Assembly (NCBI GenBank): GCA_013239625.1
Contig: MU053431.1
Location: forward strand, 1,762,485 to 1,826,484
Length of the DNA: 64,000 bases
From: Lama guanicoe
Taxonomy: Eukaryota
Direction: 5' to 3'
In this document: one piece after another, positions 1 to 13,330 of the stretch
How positions within the stretch are numbered: the first letter of the stretch is position 1
Layout: each line of letters opens with the position of its first letter
The notes under the pieces: generated by a model
The model's database searches: none
The model's input: only the letters and a program-made list of their open reading frames with translations
What the model was told of the DNA's origin: nothing
Program-made: the position numbers and the translations under genes

Positions 1-79
1 TGGCTCGGCCTCGTGATGGCCCAGAGATCACGGAGATGGCCCAACAGCCACGTGGGACAGTGCGCCATAGTGCGCTTGG

Positions 80-195
80 TCAGTCAACAAACATGCTGAG
101 TATCTCCTAGATGTCAGGCCCTGAGCTGCTGCTGAGGACACAGCCGTGAGCAACACAGTGAAGCCCCAGGCCTCTCATGCTCCTCCACCTACACA
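80..195 (-). mobile_element. L2 3' end remnant
   Basis: tcaacaaacatgctgag...tgtcaggccctg...ggacacagccgtgagc...ctcatg pattern. Confidence 0.65.
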
Positions 196-3100
196 AGGGT
201 GCATGCTGACATCGATCCAGCAGGTGGGGGCCGAGCCCTGGGGAGGAGGCAGCGGGTGCAGGGGAGCAAAGACGGCATGATGGCCGTGCAGGGCCAGGAT
301 GCAGCAATGTAGACAGAGGTCCCTCAGCATCCACAGAGGGGTCTCACCAAGAGCCAGGCCGGGTAGGTGAGGAGGCAGCACAGAAGCAAGGAGACCCCCC
401 CCAACCGTGGCCCTCTGCCACCCCCTCTCTGGGACCCTGGGTGCATGGCCACCTCTCAGCCACCCTCTGCACCCCAAGGTTCAGGGCAGGGCCGAGACTA
501 AGCCACACCCCGGGCCGCACGCCCCTGGGAGGACACAGAGGGTGACGCCCACCTCCCTGCACCTCCCCCGGGCCCAGCCCACCTACAGAGAATCAGTGGA
601 GCTGCTCAGTGGGGCCCGGACTGGGGGATCGACATATCCCAGAGCCGGAGCAGCCATGTGGAGGGACCTCCCCTCGCGAATCCCCGGCATTCTGAGCGGA
701 AGTGCCAAAGGGAGGGAGAAGTAACTTCCAGGGTCTCGGCGAGGGGGCCAGCGCCAGGCTGGCAGGGAGGGAGGGTTAGCATTTCCTGAGAAACCCATTA
801 ATTTCTTCAAATAAACCGAATGAGCACGTATCTCAGCATGAAAGCACATCTGGATAGAGTTTGAGAATCAGATTCATCATGAAAGCTCACTAAGAGTTCA
901 TTTTCCATTCTGACTCCTCTTCCCTCTTGCAGTTGGTCCTTCAAGCCAGCAGGTGGGCTGCAGGGGCCCCACTCTTCCCGTAGGTGCACAGAGCCAGCTG
1001 CTCACAGAGCCAAACTCTGGCTCTCCAAACCTCCCGCCCCTTCCTCCCTGAACCACGGACCAGCTTTGATCTGTGCCTCCCACAGGGGTCACCTGGGCTT
1101 CAAGGACACATGCCACGTCTTCCTTTTCCTTTCTTCGTTTCATCACAGGGGGTTTGTGAAGAAGCTGGAACAGAGCAGATGCCATCCCAGGCACTGAGGA
1201 CACCAGCTGTGTAGACAGATGGACAGACACGGCCTCCCAGGGTGGACGAGTGGAGGGTCAGAGTGCAGTATGTGGTGGAGGGGACCAGACGAGCCAGCTA
1301 GTGGTCACTCTCCAGGCCCGTCTCCATCCTACACTCTCCCCTCCCAGGGTCTAGGTCCTTTCTAAAGACCCCGAGGGGCTCCAGGGATCCATCTCCAAGC
1401 CGTGGGAAGTTGCAGAGGCTGGGGCAGTTACTGAAGTCCCCAGTCAACCAGCTGTGGGACCCCCTGTCATGGGGGTCCTGCACCATGGGCCCCTCAGCCT
1501 GTGTCCAGCAACCCAGCCCTCACTGGTCCCACCCCTCACTGGGGGTGATGGCACCTTGCAGGACGAGGAGGGTGGGCTCCTCTGGGCACCAACTGGGGTG
1601 TCCTGTCCTGTGGCCGAGGTGGGGTTCACAGGCCCCAGTCCTGCCTGCACTTTGCCCAGATACCAGAGAGGATGCTTGGCTGCCTCCCTGCCCGACCCTG
1701 CTTCCCTCCCCCCAGCGCTGCCTCCAGGCCTCCTCCCAGTGAACGGCCTGCACGTGACTCCCTGGCCCACGTCGGTTTGGGGAGACTCCTGGGAGATGGG
1801 GGCATCCACCAGCTCCCGGCCGCTCCAGTAACTCACCAGTTCCCACCACGGCCACGTGTAGCTGGCCCACTTTCCGGGGGACCGTGTAACCTGCTGATGG
1901 TCTCCACCACCTGGGGACAGCCAGGCACTGACCCCAGGCCATTGACATGGCCACAGCTTCTGCTCAGGGAAGGTTTGGAGGGGCAGTGTGGGGGAAATGC
2001 CATCCATTCCCTTCCAGATAGGCCCCAGGGCAACCCTGGGGAGCCCTGTCCCCAGCTCCACCTCTAATACACATGCTGTGGGTTTACCACCGGCTTTTCT
2101 GTGGGAGGCCCTCCAAGGGCGCGAGGTACGTGGATGGACTCATGCGGAGACCGACTGTTCACAGTGAGGGGAAACGCCTCCTGGCCTCAGTCAGAGAGCT
2201 GAGACCCAATACACACACTTTCACTGAACCCAGGCTTCATCTTGTTAACTTTGCCGAGAAACTGCCGGACGTGCTGAGCCAGAGGGAGACTGGTGTGCCC
2301 TTCCCCGGCTTCTGGCTTTGTCCACCATCAACCCGGCGTCTCCACCGCAGCATTTCCATTTTAACATTATTTGACAAAGTCAAAACCCCTCAACCATCCA
2401 CGGGTGAGTGAAGAATGGATGAAATGTGGGCGTCAGTGAAATGTCCCTTACTTTAAAGAAACCCCCCAGAAGAGCTGAAGGCACCCGGGGCCCCAAACCC
2501 AAATGAGGTGACCACAGGAACCCCCCGCCCCGACGATCTGGGGGTCCGGGCGGGACGGCAGCCGACTCCGGCTGCTCGGGGAGGCTCGGACCAGAGAGAT
2601 GCCGGGCGGAGCTTCTGAGACGTTTCAAAAGCAGCATGAAGGCCCTAGAATGATGTTTTCTCAAAAACCTGTTTTCCTAAGTGACTGACTGTGTGGGCAG
2701 ATCAGTCTGAGGCAGCGACGTGCTGTCACGAAGCTAATCGTTGGCTGTCACAGGAAGGAGCAAATTGCCTCCCCTCGGTTCCCATCAGACTGCAGCGTCT
2801 CAGGAACCGCTGTCGTCACGGCCCAGCCCTGAGACTTCAGGGGAAGCCAGGGCTCTGTTCGTGCGTGCGCCGCCATCACTGTCCAACTGATCACAGGAAA
2901 ACGGAACCCTGGGTGCCTCTCGATGCTTCTCTCTGTCTTCACACACGAAGGATTCGTCACTCAAGTGGCTCTGGGCCCCGTGAGTGGTGTCTGAAGTGCT
3001 CGCGTCGGGCTGCGTGTGCCTGTTTCCGCTCAAGCGCCCAGTCACCCCACTGAGTGCAGGTGATGGAAACTCTAGTCCAGGCAGCTCAAGGACGAGGGGC

Positions 3101-3713
3101 GGGGGGGCAGGCCTCGGGCACCCGGGGCGTCAGGCTCAGAGCGGGGCCACCAGGGCTCTAAGACTGTCCTCCCTCAGCTCTGCTGGAGCCAGCCTGGCAC
3201 CCAGGACAGGGCCCTTCCCCACAAGCAGGAAGGATTCTGAGGGCCCCGGGGCGTCCCGGGGCCGTGGGCTGGGGCCTCTGGGGCCGGGGCAGGGAGGACA
3301 GGGCCAGCCCCCTGCCCAGGCCGTGCAGGGCGCTCTCGGGAGCACGGCCCCTGGGTCCCCGCAGAAGGGCAGGCCGGGCGGGGGCGCCGCGGGTCTGGAC
3401 AACGATGCCCCCTCCTGCGTCAGCGCCAGCGTCAGGGCAGAGCAGCACTGTTAGCCCCTGGTGGAGCCTGACAGGGAGCGACAGGCTTCCCAGCCACAAG
3501 ACAGTCCTGTTCCGCGAAAATGGCATCGGAAAAAGAAATGGCAGAAGCCAGACTGCAATTCGAGGGCCGTGAAGAATGTCGACAGCAAGATCGCTCACTT
3601 GGCGACACCCAGCAGACACAGCCTGTCTTAAAAGAGAAACAGAGTAACACATCGTCTTTCTCAGCCATCACACCCCTTACATTCGAGTGTGTGTTTCACG
3701 TACGCTCTACGGC

Positions 3714-3763
3714 TGTGTGTGTGTGCGCGCACACGTGTGCGTGCGTGTGCGTGTGTGTGCATG
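3714..3763. repeat. Alternating purine-pyrimidine (TG/CG/CA)n tract
   Basis: 50 bp of unbroken RY alternation. Confidence 0.85.
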
Positions 3764-6700
3764 GGGGGGTGGGGAGCATGCAGGCTCAGGGAGACGGTGC
3801 CCGTAGGGAGCCCAGAGCAAGGCGGCAGCAGACCTCGGCTCTGACGGCTTGAGGAGACGCGTGTGCGCAGGCGAGAGCGGTATTTATGGACACGGGAGAG
3901 CTTGCTCGCATGCATAATCTCACTACTTCTCAGCTGCTGGTTTACACCAGAACACATTTCCCTCAAACGTGCTAAATGCTCGTTCTCCCCCCGCAACGAT
4001 GATATTTTTAAAAACCAGATTGCAGAGCGGCACTGGTGAAGATTTCCGAGGCGAAAACAACCAGCCCTCCGTGTGTGGACATCACACTCCCCCCGGGAGT
4101 CACATCCATGATGGGGGACAGAGCGTCGGCCCTGCCGCAGGAAGGCGCTTTCTCAGGAGGGGGCCCCACCGCAGGCCCTCACCCTCAACAGCCGGGTCAG
4201 CCCCGAGTGCCCGCGGGGGTGCCGGCAAGCAGGGCCGAGAGTGGCCGTGTGTCACTGCCGCCTGCGTCGAGCTGCTGGAGAAGGGGGGCTTTGTGCACAC
4301 CCTGCACTTGCCCACAGAGAGGCTGCAGCCCCCAGGCCGTGGTCGTTGGTGGCCCAAAGAGGAGCTCCAACCGCCACGAGCAAGCAGCTCCAAAAGAAGG
4401 AGGTCCCCGTGGAAGTCCCCGTGAGCGTCCTGGGCCGGCGCCGGCCAGCCCTGCCCACCCGACCCCTCCGCTGCTCTGAGTGTCGGGGAGGCGTCTGCAT
4501 TTGGGTCTGGCTCAGCCGAGGGGGCCTTGGAATCTTCCAGCCCTTCAGACATTTTGGTTCCATCCAACAAAACAGCATCATCCTCACCATCCTGTTGCCA
4601 CCGCAAGGACCAGGGTGCCCCTCGCCCACCCTGAGCAAGGCCGCCTGGCAGCTTCTGAAAGGCTGCTGTGTCAGCGCCGGTCCCAGAGTCAGACCCTGTG
4701 CAAGCCGGGCCACAACCCCACGGGAAGCTCTGGAGTGCACTTTGCATCTCAGGGTCAAGGGACCCCCACCGGTGGGGCGGCGGAGGCAGTCTGCCCAGGG
4801 GCTGCAGCCCCAGGCACTTCCGTCCGGCTGGCGCAGTGGGCCGGGAAGGGGAGAGTCCAGGGTCAGATCTTTGAAGAAGCTCTCAGCTGAAACCCCCAGT
4901 CCCAGCCTTGGTCCCTGAACTGTGGTTTGTCATGAACCGCAGCAAAGAGGACTTCGCCGATACTATTAGTGGGTGGTCCGGTCTCGTCGCGGGTCCTCGA
5001 GAGCAGAGACGGTGCTCTGACCAACAGCAGGCCTGGAGGCACGGAGCGGGGAGCCGGGCAGTAGGAAGCAAGAGAAGTTTCCAGAGTGCCATTGCTGGCT
5101 GGACGGGGGCCTCTAGGAGCCGGGGCAGCCCCGCTCGCTGACCGCCAAACAGGACACGATCTCAGTCCTACGGCCACAGGGGCCTGGGGGGGCCAAAGGG
5201 ATTCTCCCCAGAGCCCTGGCAAGAGCCTGGCAGGTGACATCTTGGCCAGCCCACTGCACCTCTGGCCCAAGAGCTGGTCACCTGGAGGCCCCAGTGTGTG
5301 GTAACTGCTCAGCCAGCTCTGCCTGCTCCGTCCCAGACCTCCAGGCCGCCTCGTCCGGTGGGTGAATAAATGATGGAGGCGTCTGATAAGATCACAGGCG
5401 ACTGTCCCAGGTCACTTCGGGGGCAAGTGGCAAAGACCCAAGTCTCACCAGCTTGAGGGCAGAAAGGGCTCATGGGACCAAAATGTCCAGAGGAAGAGCT
5501 GGGGCAGATCCAGGGCCTCAGACCTTGGCGTCCAGAGCTGCGGGCTCCAGTTCACTCCAGAGATGGTCTCAGGGGAACGGGGCCTCCCAGGGAGGGGGGT
5601 CCAGGGAGGTGGGGTTCCTAGAGGGGCAAAGGTCCCAGGGAGGCAGGGGCCCTGGGGGCACCGCCGGCACAAGGCAGTGGCTCCCTCTCTTGTTGCTGGT
5701 GTCTCCCCACCCCCACCCCCGCAGCGGTAGAAGCCAGAGGAGGACCCGGGCCTGATGGGAGGGGCACCCCTTCTCCACACACCTGGACTGTGCACCAGAA
5801 CTTACTCCCAAGACATACCTGCCTGCAAGGTGGAGAGGAGAGGGGACAAGGGGTGGTGACTGACTCCACTTGGCCCAGCCCCGGCCTGGTCATTCCTCAC
5901 CAGAGCCCCGGACTTGCCACGAGGACTGCACCTTGAATCCAAGGGCCACCAGGCCTGCTGGGCGCCTCTGCAGGACCCCTTCCTCCTGCTAAGGCCCCGT
6001 GTGTCACAGAGCAGGGCGGTTCTGGGAGAGCGGGTGGCCCGCCCTCAGCCCTCCTGGCCCCGGCTTGCTTCCCAGGGTGTCCGCTGACCAGCCGTGGGGG
6101 CAGCAAGGCAGGAACCACTAAGGAGGCTCCCACTCAGGTTGCTTTTCTGGAACTCACATGGAGTCACTAGGAAATGGGAGGCGCGTTTCCTAGTTAAATA
6201 TTTCCAGGCAACTACAACTGCTGATTGCAGACAAAGGGAGCAGCCCCTGATCTCGGCAGAGGAGCTGGAGCCTACAGGAGTCATGTTTATGCAAACGCCA
6301 GCTCCCCCCAGGGGAGAGCCCAGGAGAGAGGTGTGGACACACGGCTGCCGCCCCATCCCGCCTCAACAGAGGGGCCGCTGGGCAAAGCCACGGGCGCCCA
6401 AGGGCCAGGAGGGCGTGGGGCGGGGTCCTGGCGGCTGCGGGTCCCCTCCCGGCCCCCACGCCCCCAGCACCGGCTCCCAGAGCCTGCGGCCCATGGCCAG
6501 CAGTCAAGAGAGGTCATTCTGTCAAATCCAGGAACTTCCCATCCCCACGCCTCCTGACAATAAATGGAGACAGATATCGGCCGAATGTGACCCTTTCCAC
6601 TTAAGTCACAAGAGCGTTCATGAGCACGCCTGGGAAATTTACCCACAAATCGGTAAATTTATAAGAGGCACAAACTCAGCTTCCCAGGGTGAGAGCTGAC

Positions 6701-7529
6701 AAAACACTGCTTTCTCTGCGAACTGAGCAGATGGGACTGCTTGTCCTTCTGCAGTGGATGTGCTGTTCGCAGGTTGTCTTTCTGCCCAAGAGTAAATTTC
6801 AAAGAGAAAATGCCTTTCCTGGAGGCAGGAAGTGAGGGGCCCTCCTTCCTGCCTGACCTGGGTATTCTGTCAGCTTCAAACCCAGTCCGCAAAGTCAGGG
6901 TGCAGCTTTGAAGTTCCCATCAGCATCCCTCGTGTTGACCAACTGAAGCGAACGCTAAGCAAGGCCTTCCCTAGAGCCGTGTTCAGGAAGCTGGGCGGCG
7001 CTGGAGCGGCCTCGGAGAGCGGATTTTCTCTTTCTCCTTAGGAGACGGGCTGTCTAACGTGCCCCGTTTCCTCTAAAACGTCACCTCCCGTGGCACGTCT
7101 CTTTGCTGAAACCGTCAACGTCCCAAGCGGCGTCCACAGTCACCAGGCTCCACCAAGCCCTCCTCTGCCGGGACTGTCGGGGGCGGTCGCTCTTACCAGA
7201 GGTTCTGCTCAAGCAAATCCGAGACAGTGCACAGCAAGACCGTCTGGATCGCTTAGGAGAAGGGGCAGCGGTTCTGCAGCAGGCGAAATGACAGTTGTGA
7301 CAACGGTGTCCCCAGGGCCCGCCCCCGCCCCCACCTTCTCCCTGCCTGTTTTGGGGGTGGGGCTCCAGAAGGACCAGCCCCTGACCCTGAACTCAGCCTT
7401 CCGTGTGCGTTCCCCACCGGACCCTGCAACTTGCCGGAAAAAGAACCCATGCCTGCACTCGCCGGGTCCTGGGGGCTGAGCTCCTCTGGTCCTCCATGCT
7501 CGTCCCAGACCCCCAACTTGCACACGTCC

Positions 7530-7830
7530 CCCTGGGCTAAAACCCAGGTGTGGGCAGAGCTGCTTCCTTCTGGAGGCTCCAGGGGAGAATCCGTTTCCTG
7601 GCCCTTCCAGCTTTCAGAGGTACCCAAATCCCCGGTGCGTGGCCCCTGCCTCATCTCCAGCGCCCACAGTGGCCTACCAGGTCTTCTCCCACTGTGGTCT
7701 CTCCACCCTCCTTCCCCATCTGAGGGCCTGTGTCACCCCTGAAACTTTGGACACCCACGGAGAATCCGGGGTCATCCCCCTCCTTTAAGATCGGCCTGCC
7801 ACATAGCCAGGTGGACTCCGGGTTCTGGAG
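7530..7830 (-). mobile_element. MaLR LTR (MLT1D/E-like)
   Basis: gggctaaaacccaggtgt...ttccttctggaggctccaggggagaatccgtttcct matches remembered MLT1D-type text. Confidence 0.8.
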
Positions 7831-8689
7831 GCAGGGCATGGTCATGGCTCTGGGGCATGAGAAATTCAGGGACAAGGCTGCTTTTGCCTGCCCTTGGCAA
7901 AGCGCTCCTGGCTGGTGGAGGGAGAGACGGTGCCTCTGTGGGTTCCAGGCAGACAGCAAAGATACACATAGTGGTAACTGATCGGTGGCTCCTTGAGTCA
8001 GACCACTGAGCAGAATCAGAGCTTGGAGGAGACACGTGGGTTACACGTGGGCCCTCAGGCAGAGCAGCCCCTCTCCTCTGAGCTAGTGTCAGGGTTTGAA
8101 TTAGAAGATTCTTGGCATTTAAGCCACAGGAGGTGAAGGAACCCCCGGTGACTGAGGATTTGGAAGGAGGGGGGGAAACGGTCCCCCAGGGGACCCGCCC
8201 GACCTGGGGGCAGGCGGTGGAGGCAGGACAGCAGACCTGCGCAGGAGCTGGCTTGAGAAGAGGCAGAGGCGGTCCTCAGGCCCAGGACCCCCCGCCAGCA
8301 CACGGGGCCGCCTCCTGCAGCCTGGGACCGAGGGGCTCCAAGTCTCACATCTAAAACCGAGAGAATTCCAGGAAACCCAGGATGGTCACTGTACCCTGAC
8401 CCTCCCAGCCCAGCACCCTGCTCACTTTGGGCTGGGGCAGGACCGCCCTAGTGTCTGTGCAGCTGGACAGGGCCTCCCTGTCCCTCTGGTGGCTAACCTT
8501 CCGTCCCTGGCCACGTGCTCGCCACAGTCAGGCACTGTGCTGGGGACCTGTGTGCCCCATGCTGGGCCAGCCTCCTCCCTGAGCAGCCTCTGGCCCAGGA
8601 TGGGGTGCGCCCAGCAGCTATGAAGCTAGTGTTTATGGCGCAGGGACCTCCACGTGGCAGGAGGCCACGCACCCTCACATGGTGCCCAC

Positions 8690-8830
8690 AGCAACCCAGT
8701 GATGTGGTCTCACTTCACAGGTAAGGAAACCGAGGCCGGGTCGGTTGATTTACCTTCTCCTAGAGCACGTGGTCAGGGCCTGGTGGGCCCAGGACTCAAA
8801 GCCACTCCTTCCTACACAGCCTGACACCCC
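8690..8830 (-). mobile_element. MIR
   Basis: cacttcacaggtaaggaaaccgaggc core, then ccaggactcaaagcc. Confidence 0.7.
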
Positions 8831-9234
8831 AGGCCGCAGGAGGCCCTCCCGGCAGCCACACTCTCCCTTCTTCCGGCTCTTCCCTGTGAACACAGCTCCC
8901 GTTTCCAGAAAGCTGGCCAGGGGCTAAGGGTCGAGGACGATCTGGGCACGTGAGGGACAAGGATGTGATGGTAGAGGCTGGTTCCCAGGCTGGAAGGAGG
9001 CCCCAGGGCTGCTGCTCAGCTGGTGACACTCGCACAAGCATTGCTCTGTTTTTAAATCCTCCCTGAGATGCTGTACGTTCTGACGTGTGCAATCTCCATG
9101 CTGTGAGTGGGAAAAGCCATGGCTAAGCTCTACAAACTATGCATATTACGTGTTCCCAATGACTCTAAATAAACGTACACTTCTCCCCACCCACCTGTAG
9201 CCTCATAGGAGAAAAAACAGTAATAATAGTAACA

Positions 9235-9316
9235 CTAAAATGCTTGTTTTGCTGCTAAGTCGCTAAGTTTGGGCTTCTTTGTTATGCAGCAATAGGTAAA
9301 TAGATAACTGATACAG
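9235..9316 (+). mobile_element. MaLR LTR 3' end (MLT1-like)
   Basis: ctaagtttggg...tttgttatgcagcaatag...ataactgataca terminus. Confidence 0.65.
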
Positions 9317-11029
9317 GTATTGCTGTGAACTTATTTATTTTTTAATTTGGGAAGAAGCCTTCTTCTTCTCTAGCAAGAGTGGCCTGACAGTGGTATGGGG
9401 ACCACAGGAAAGAGAGGAACCATGTCCTAAGGACACATCTCCAAGAGGGGAGGGACCCCATGACATGTGACTCCAAGGACTGAATTCTTGTAGCCAGGAA
9501 AGCAAAGCCCTTTTCACAGCGGCTGCCTCTCTTCCTGGCCAACCGTTCTCCTGAGATGATTAAAGGCCCCTAGTCCTCCCACAGCTCTAGGCCTGGGGGT
9601 GCAGCCCAGAGGGGTCTGTCCTGGGCTCCTCAGCGACACCCTCATGCATTTGGAAGCTTGTTGGAAAAAGACAAAGGCCGTTGCACATTCCTGTCTCACT
9701 GTCTACTAGTTCAGCAAAGGTCCATGGAGCACCAACTCCCTACTAGGCAGCCTTGCAGGGGCTTGGGAGTTGTTAGCAAGTAAAGCAAAGCAGGACCCCT
9801 ACCGCCCTCGCCGTGGCGGTGGACATCCAGGCATCATCCTTCCTCTGGTGTCTCAGCGATCTTCATCCGGGGCCCAGGTGATCACCCTGGTCAGCAGCCA
9901 TCCCGCCTGCATCACAGGGAGTCCCTGGAAGCCGGAGCCACCCAGGTGCCTGCCATCCTCTCAGCCGTCACACCTGCTTCCCCCAGAAACGCAGGCACCT
10001 CGTTGACGGATCTCAGCCCCTGACCTGCAGGGACGGGCCAGCTCCCCGCTGACATGCGGCATTTGGAGTGGCGGGAGCGGGGCAGCAGGCCCCCAGCCTC
10101 TCGGGCCGGCCTGGGGCAGCTCCCGCGCAGGGCCCGGCCAAGGGTGCGGTCCTTTCCCTGGTGGACACAGCCGGACAAGCTCGGCCTGTCTCCAGCGCCT
10201 CACTGGAGCTTTCCTTAAAGGGTCCCAGCTGTTTGGGAAGCACCCGTGTCTCGGGAAATCAGAAGAGAAAGGAGCAAACGTCTCGGAGCTGGAAGGTTCC
10301 GGCTGCCGCGTCGCCTGGGCTCCTCTGTGCACAGAGGGGTTCAAAGCCACCGGGAACCCTGGACGAGGGCCTGCTGCCCACTTTGTAAAGTAAGGCCTTC
10401 TGAGTGACTTTTCCTATGTGGTTTTAAGCAAATGCCTTGTCATAATATTTGCACTAAGTTGCCTTTTATGATTTTTTAAAGCTCCTAGGCTGTCTCAAAA
10501 TCTTTGAAAAGAAGGCCAGCTTAGTGGAAAGGTCAAGGGGCTGGAAACCAAACAGCGGGCTTAAAGCGCTCCAGGGGGAGCACGTTTCCGCTGGCGGCGT
10601 CCTAAGTGGCTTCTGCGGCTGGTCGGCAAAGAGGCCCCGGGGGCCGCTAGCTGCTGCCTCCCCCTGCTGCTCCGCGCGGAGGCGAGCACATGGCATGGTC
10701 CGTGGTGGGACCCGCCGTTCCTGTGGGTGCAAGGATGAGCCCCTGAGGGTCCAACACAGTCCAGAGCCATCATCACTTCCTTCTGCGACCTGGACACTCA
10801 GGTCCCAGTCCCAAGACCTGTTCACTGAACTGGTGGGCTTGTCTTCCAGAGAGCAAACCTGGGCTAATTTGGTGGATTTAAAGCAACTTTTGTTGCCCTG
10901 GGCTCTTGACCCCTCACCCTCTGAAGTCCCCGCACAACCCACTCAACAGCCTTCACCGCCCAAGGGCCTGCGGCTGCAGCACTGACAGCGTCCGGAGCAG
11001 CCTGGCCCCTGGGAGCATCCATTCTACCT

Positions 11030-11130
11030 ATGTTCCCATTTTACAGACGACTCAATCAAGTACAGAGAAGCTAAAACACTCTCCCAGATATTAGCAGCAG
11101 GTTCAAACCATGCGTGTCGCTCTGAGCCCG
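11030..11130 (-). mobile_element. MIR
   Basis: cccattttacagacga...cagagaagctaa...ggttcaaacc. Confidence 0.65.
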
Positions 11131-11164
11131 CGTGCTGGCTTCCAGCAAAGGGACGTTGGTGTTT

Positions 11165-11174
11165 CCTTTGAAAG
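11165..11174 (+). promoter_or_regulatory. Candidate TCF/LEF site (CCTTTGAAAG)
   Basis: Matches CTTTGWW about 1.4 kb upstream of the ATG. Human NTSR1 is a reported TCF/beta-catenin target. The motif is short and could be chance. Confidence 0.3.
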
Positions 11175-11929
11175 CTAAATTTTTAAGCACATACTTTCTC
11201 TGCAAGACTCCATGCGTGGTGAGAACGTGAGGTTTGGGGAGCAGGCAAGCCCAGAGTCAGCCGGGAACAGAAGAGATTAAGAAGTACTGAGCCTGAACTT
11301 CTCCCCCTGGGTGGGGCCGGGGTCTGGGCAGGGCTCCTCACTCCCCACAGCAGGCTCCGGCTTCTGATGTCCCAGTATACCCCTGCAGCCAGCCAGATCC
11401 ACGGCAGAGACAGGCACAGACCCTGGGGCTATGACCCCAGGGCCATCCCTCCCAAACCCTGAGAACTGGGCTCTGCGGGTGATGTCTGATGACCACGTCC
11501 AGGAGGTGATGAGGGAGCCGGAGCGTATCACACGTGTCCACAGTGGCACAAGCCACCCCCGGATGCCAGGCACAGGACCCAGCCTGCACGGGGTCGGGCA
11601 CTGCTTTGTTCTCTGCTTTCTGCTCCCCTTATCCCCCCTCCCCCCACACTCAGTTGTGCTTCCAGCAGCCTGTGGGCACCCCAGGAATGAGAGGCGACCC
11701 AGCCATCCCGCGGGAAGCCTCCTCTTTGGGCCCTGCCCTCCATAACCTCTTCTCCCCCACCAGAGGGGACCTGGGGGCAGCTCCCCTTGAAGGAGTGGGT
11801 AAGAAGTTGAGAAGACCCGGGAAAGGAGGCTGTGCTGCCTGAGGGTACCTGGAAAGGGCCAACTGGATTCCCAGTTCCCCGGGGCGCTCACCCCAGCCTG
11901 GATTGCTCCCCTCCCCACCCCAACCCGGG

Positions 11930-13330
11930 AGCGCACGAGGGCGACCGGCCAGCCCTGCTCTCTCGTGGGGCGGGGACAGCGGCAGGGGCCGCCTCCCGTC
12001 CCCTCCACCGCCCCCCACGGCTGGGCGCGCCCGCCGCCGCTGGCTCAGTGGAGGCGCGGAGCCCGGGAGGGCGCGGGCGCGGCGGGCGGTGTGCGGGGCG
12101 GGTGTGCGCCGAGAGCGCGGGGAGGAGTGAGCGCGCCGGGCACCGGGCGTGCGCTCCGCGCGGCGCCGCAGGCTCGCCCCGCACAGCCGAGCCGGCGGTC
12201 GCTCTCCGGGGGAGACGGCGCTGTCGCCCCGGAGCCCGAGGAACCGCGGGGTCTGGTGTTCGGAGGCAGCCCGGCGAGCGCGCCGCCCGGAGCCGCGAGT
12301 CCGGCGGAGGAGCGGAGCCCGGAGCCCGGAGGAGCCCGGAGGGACCCGGCATCCCCGGTGAGCGCGAGCCCCAAGCGCCGCAGGTGTCACGGTCCGCGTC
12401 GGGCGCTTGCTGGCTGGACGGCGCGCCCACCGCCCTCTCACGCCCTCCCCGCGGGCTCCCGCTACGCTGCCCCTGCCCGAGACGCGCCCACTCTTCGCCC
12501 GGCTCCCAGCCGCGGAGGCGCCGGACGCAGCCTCGGACCCCGGGGAGCGAGGCACCCCGCCCGCCCGGCGCCTCCACCATGCGCCTCAACAGCTCGGCGC
12601 CGGGCCCCCGGGTCGCACAGGGCAGCGACGCCTTCTCGCTGCTGCCGCTGCTGTCGTCGGGGCCGGAGGGGGCGCCCCTGACCTCGGGCTCCGGCAACAG
12701 CTCGGGCAACGTGTCGGAGCCCGTCCAAGCAGCGCCCAGCAGCGACCTGGATGTGAACACGGACATTTACTCCAAGGTGCTGGTGACCACCGTGTACCTG
12801 GCGCTCTTCGTGGTGGGCACAGCGGGCAACTCTGTGACGGCGTTCACGCTGGCGCGCAAGAGGTCCCTGCAGAACCTGCAGAGCACGGTGCACTACCACC
12901 TGGGCAGCCTGGCGCTCTCCGACCTGCTCATCCTCCTGCTGGCCATGCCTGTCGAGCTGTACAACTTCATCTGGGTACACCACCCCTGGGCCTTCGGCGA
13001 CTCCGTGTGCCGCGGCTACTACTTCCTGCGTGACGCCTGCACCCACGCCACGGCCCTCAACGTGGCCAGCCTGAGTGTGGAGCGCTACCTGGCTCTCTGC
13101 CACCCCTTCAAGGCCAAGACCCTCATGTCCCGCAGCCGCACCAAGAAGTTCATCAGTGCCATCTGGCTGGCCTCCGGCCTGCTAGCCGTGCCCATGCTCT
13201 TCACCATGGGCCAGCAGAACCGCAGCACCGACGGCCAGCACCCCGGCGGCCTGGTGTGCACGCCCATCGTGGGCACCGCCACCATCAAGGTCGTCATCCA
13301 GGTGAGCAGCCTCTTCAGGGGCGCGGGGCG
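11930..13330. promoter_or_regulatory. CpG island: TATA-less NTSR1 promoter, 5' UTR and exon 1
   Basis: Very high GC and CpG density. GC boxes (GGGCGG) near 11967 and 12096, CACCC boxes near 11889 and 11915. No TATA box, and no ATG between about 11940 and 12579. Confidence 0.9.
12579..13301 (+). CDS. NTSR1: NTSR1 coding exon 1 (N-terminus, TM1-TM4, ECL2, start of TM5), 241 codons
   Basis: ATG in context tccaccATGc. Translates MRLNSSAPG...[15 protein letters not shown]...[10 protein letters not shown]...[10 protein letters not shown]...[11 protein letters not shown]...SVERYL...GGLVCTP...KVVIQ, recognisably NTSR1. Ends at donor CAG|GTGAGC, phase 0. Confidence 0.98.

Noticed and set aside
11757-11770. 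CTCF-like motif CCACCAGAGGGGAC, with similar ones near 217, 946, 8478 and 52287
   Set aside because: Each lacks the conserved C of GGC, and such near-matches are frequent in GC-rich DNA.
11832-12578. 249-codon in-frame extension upstream of the NTSR1 ATG (the 536-aa ORF)
   Set aside because: It starts at GTG, has a low-complexity G/R/P/A composition and crosses the CpG island, where stops are rare. The MRLNSS ATG matches the known N-terminus.
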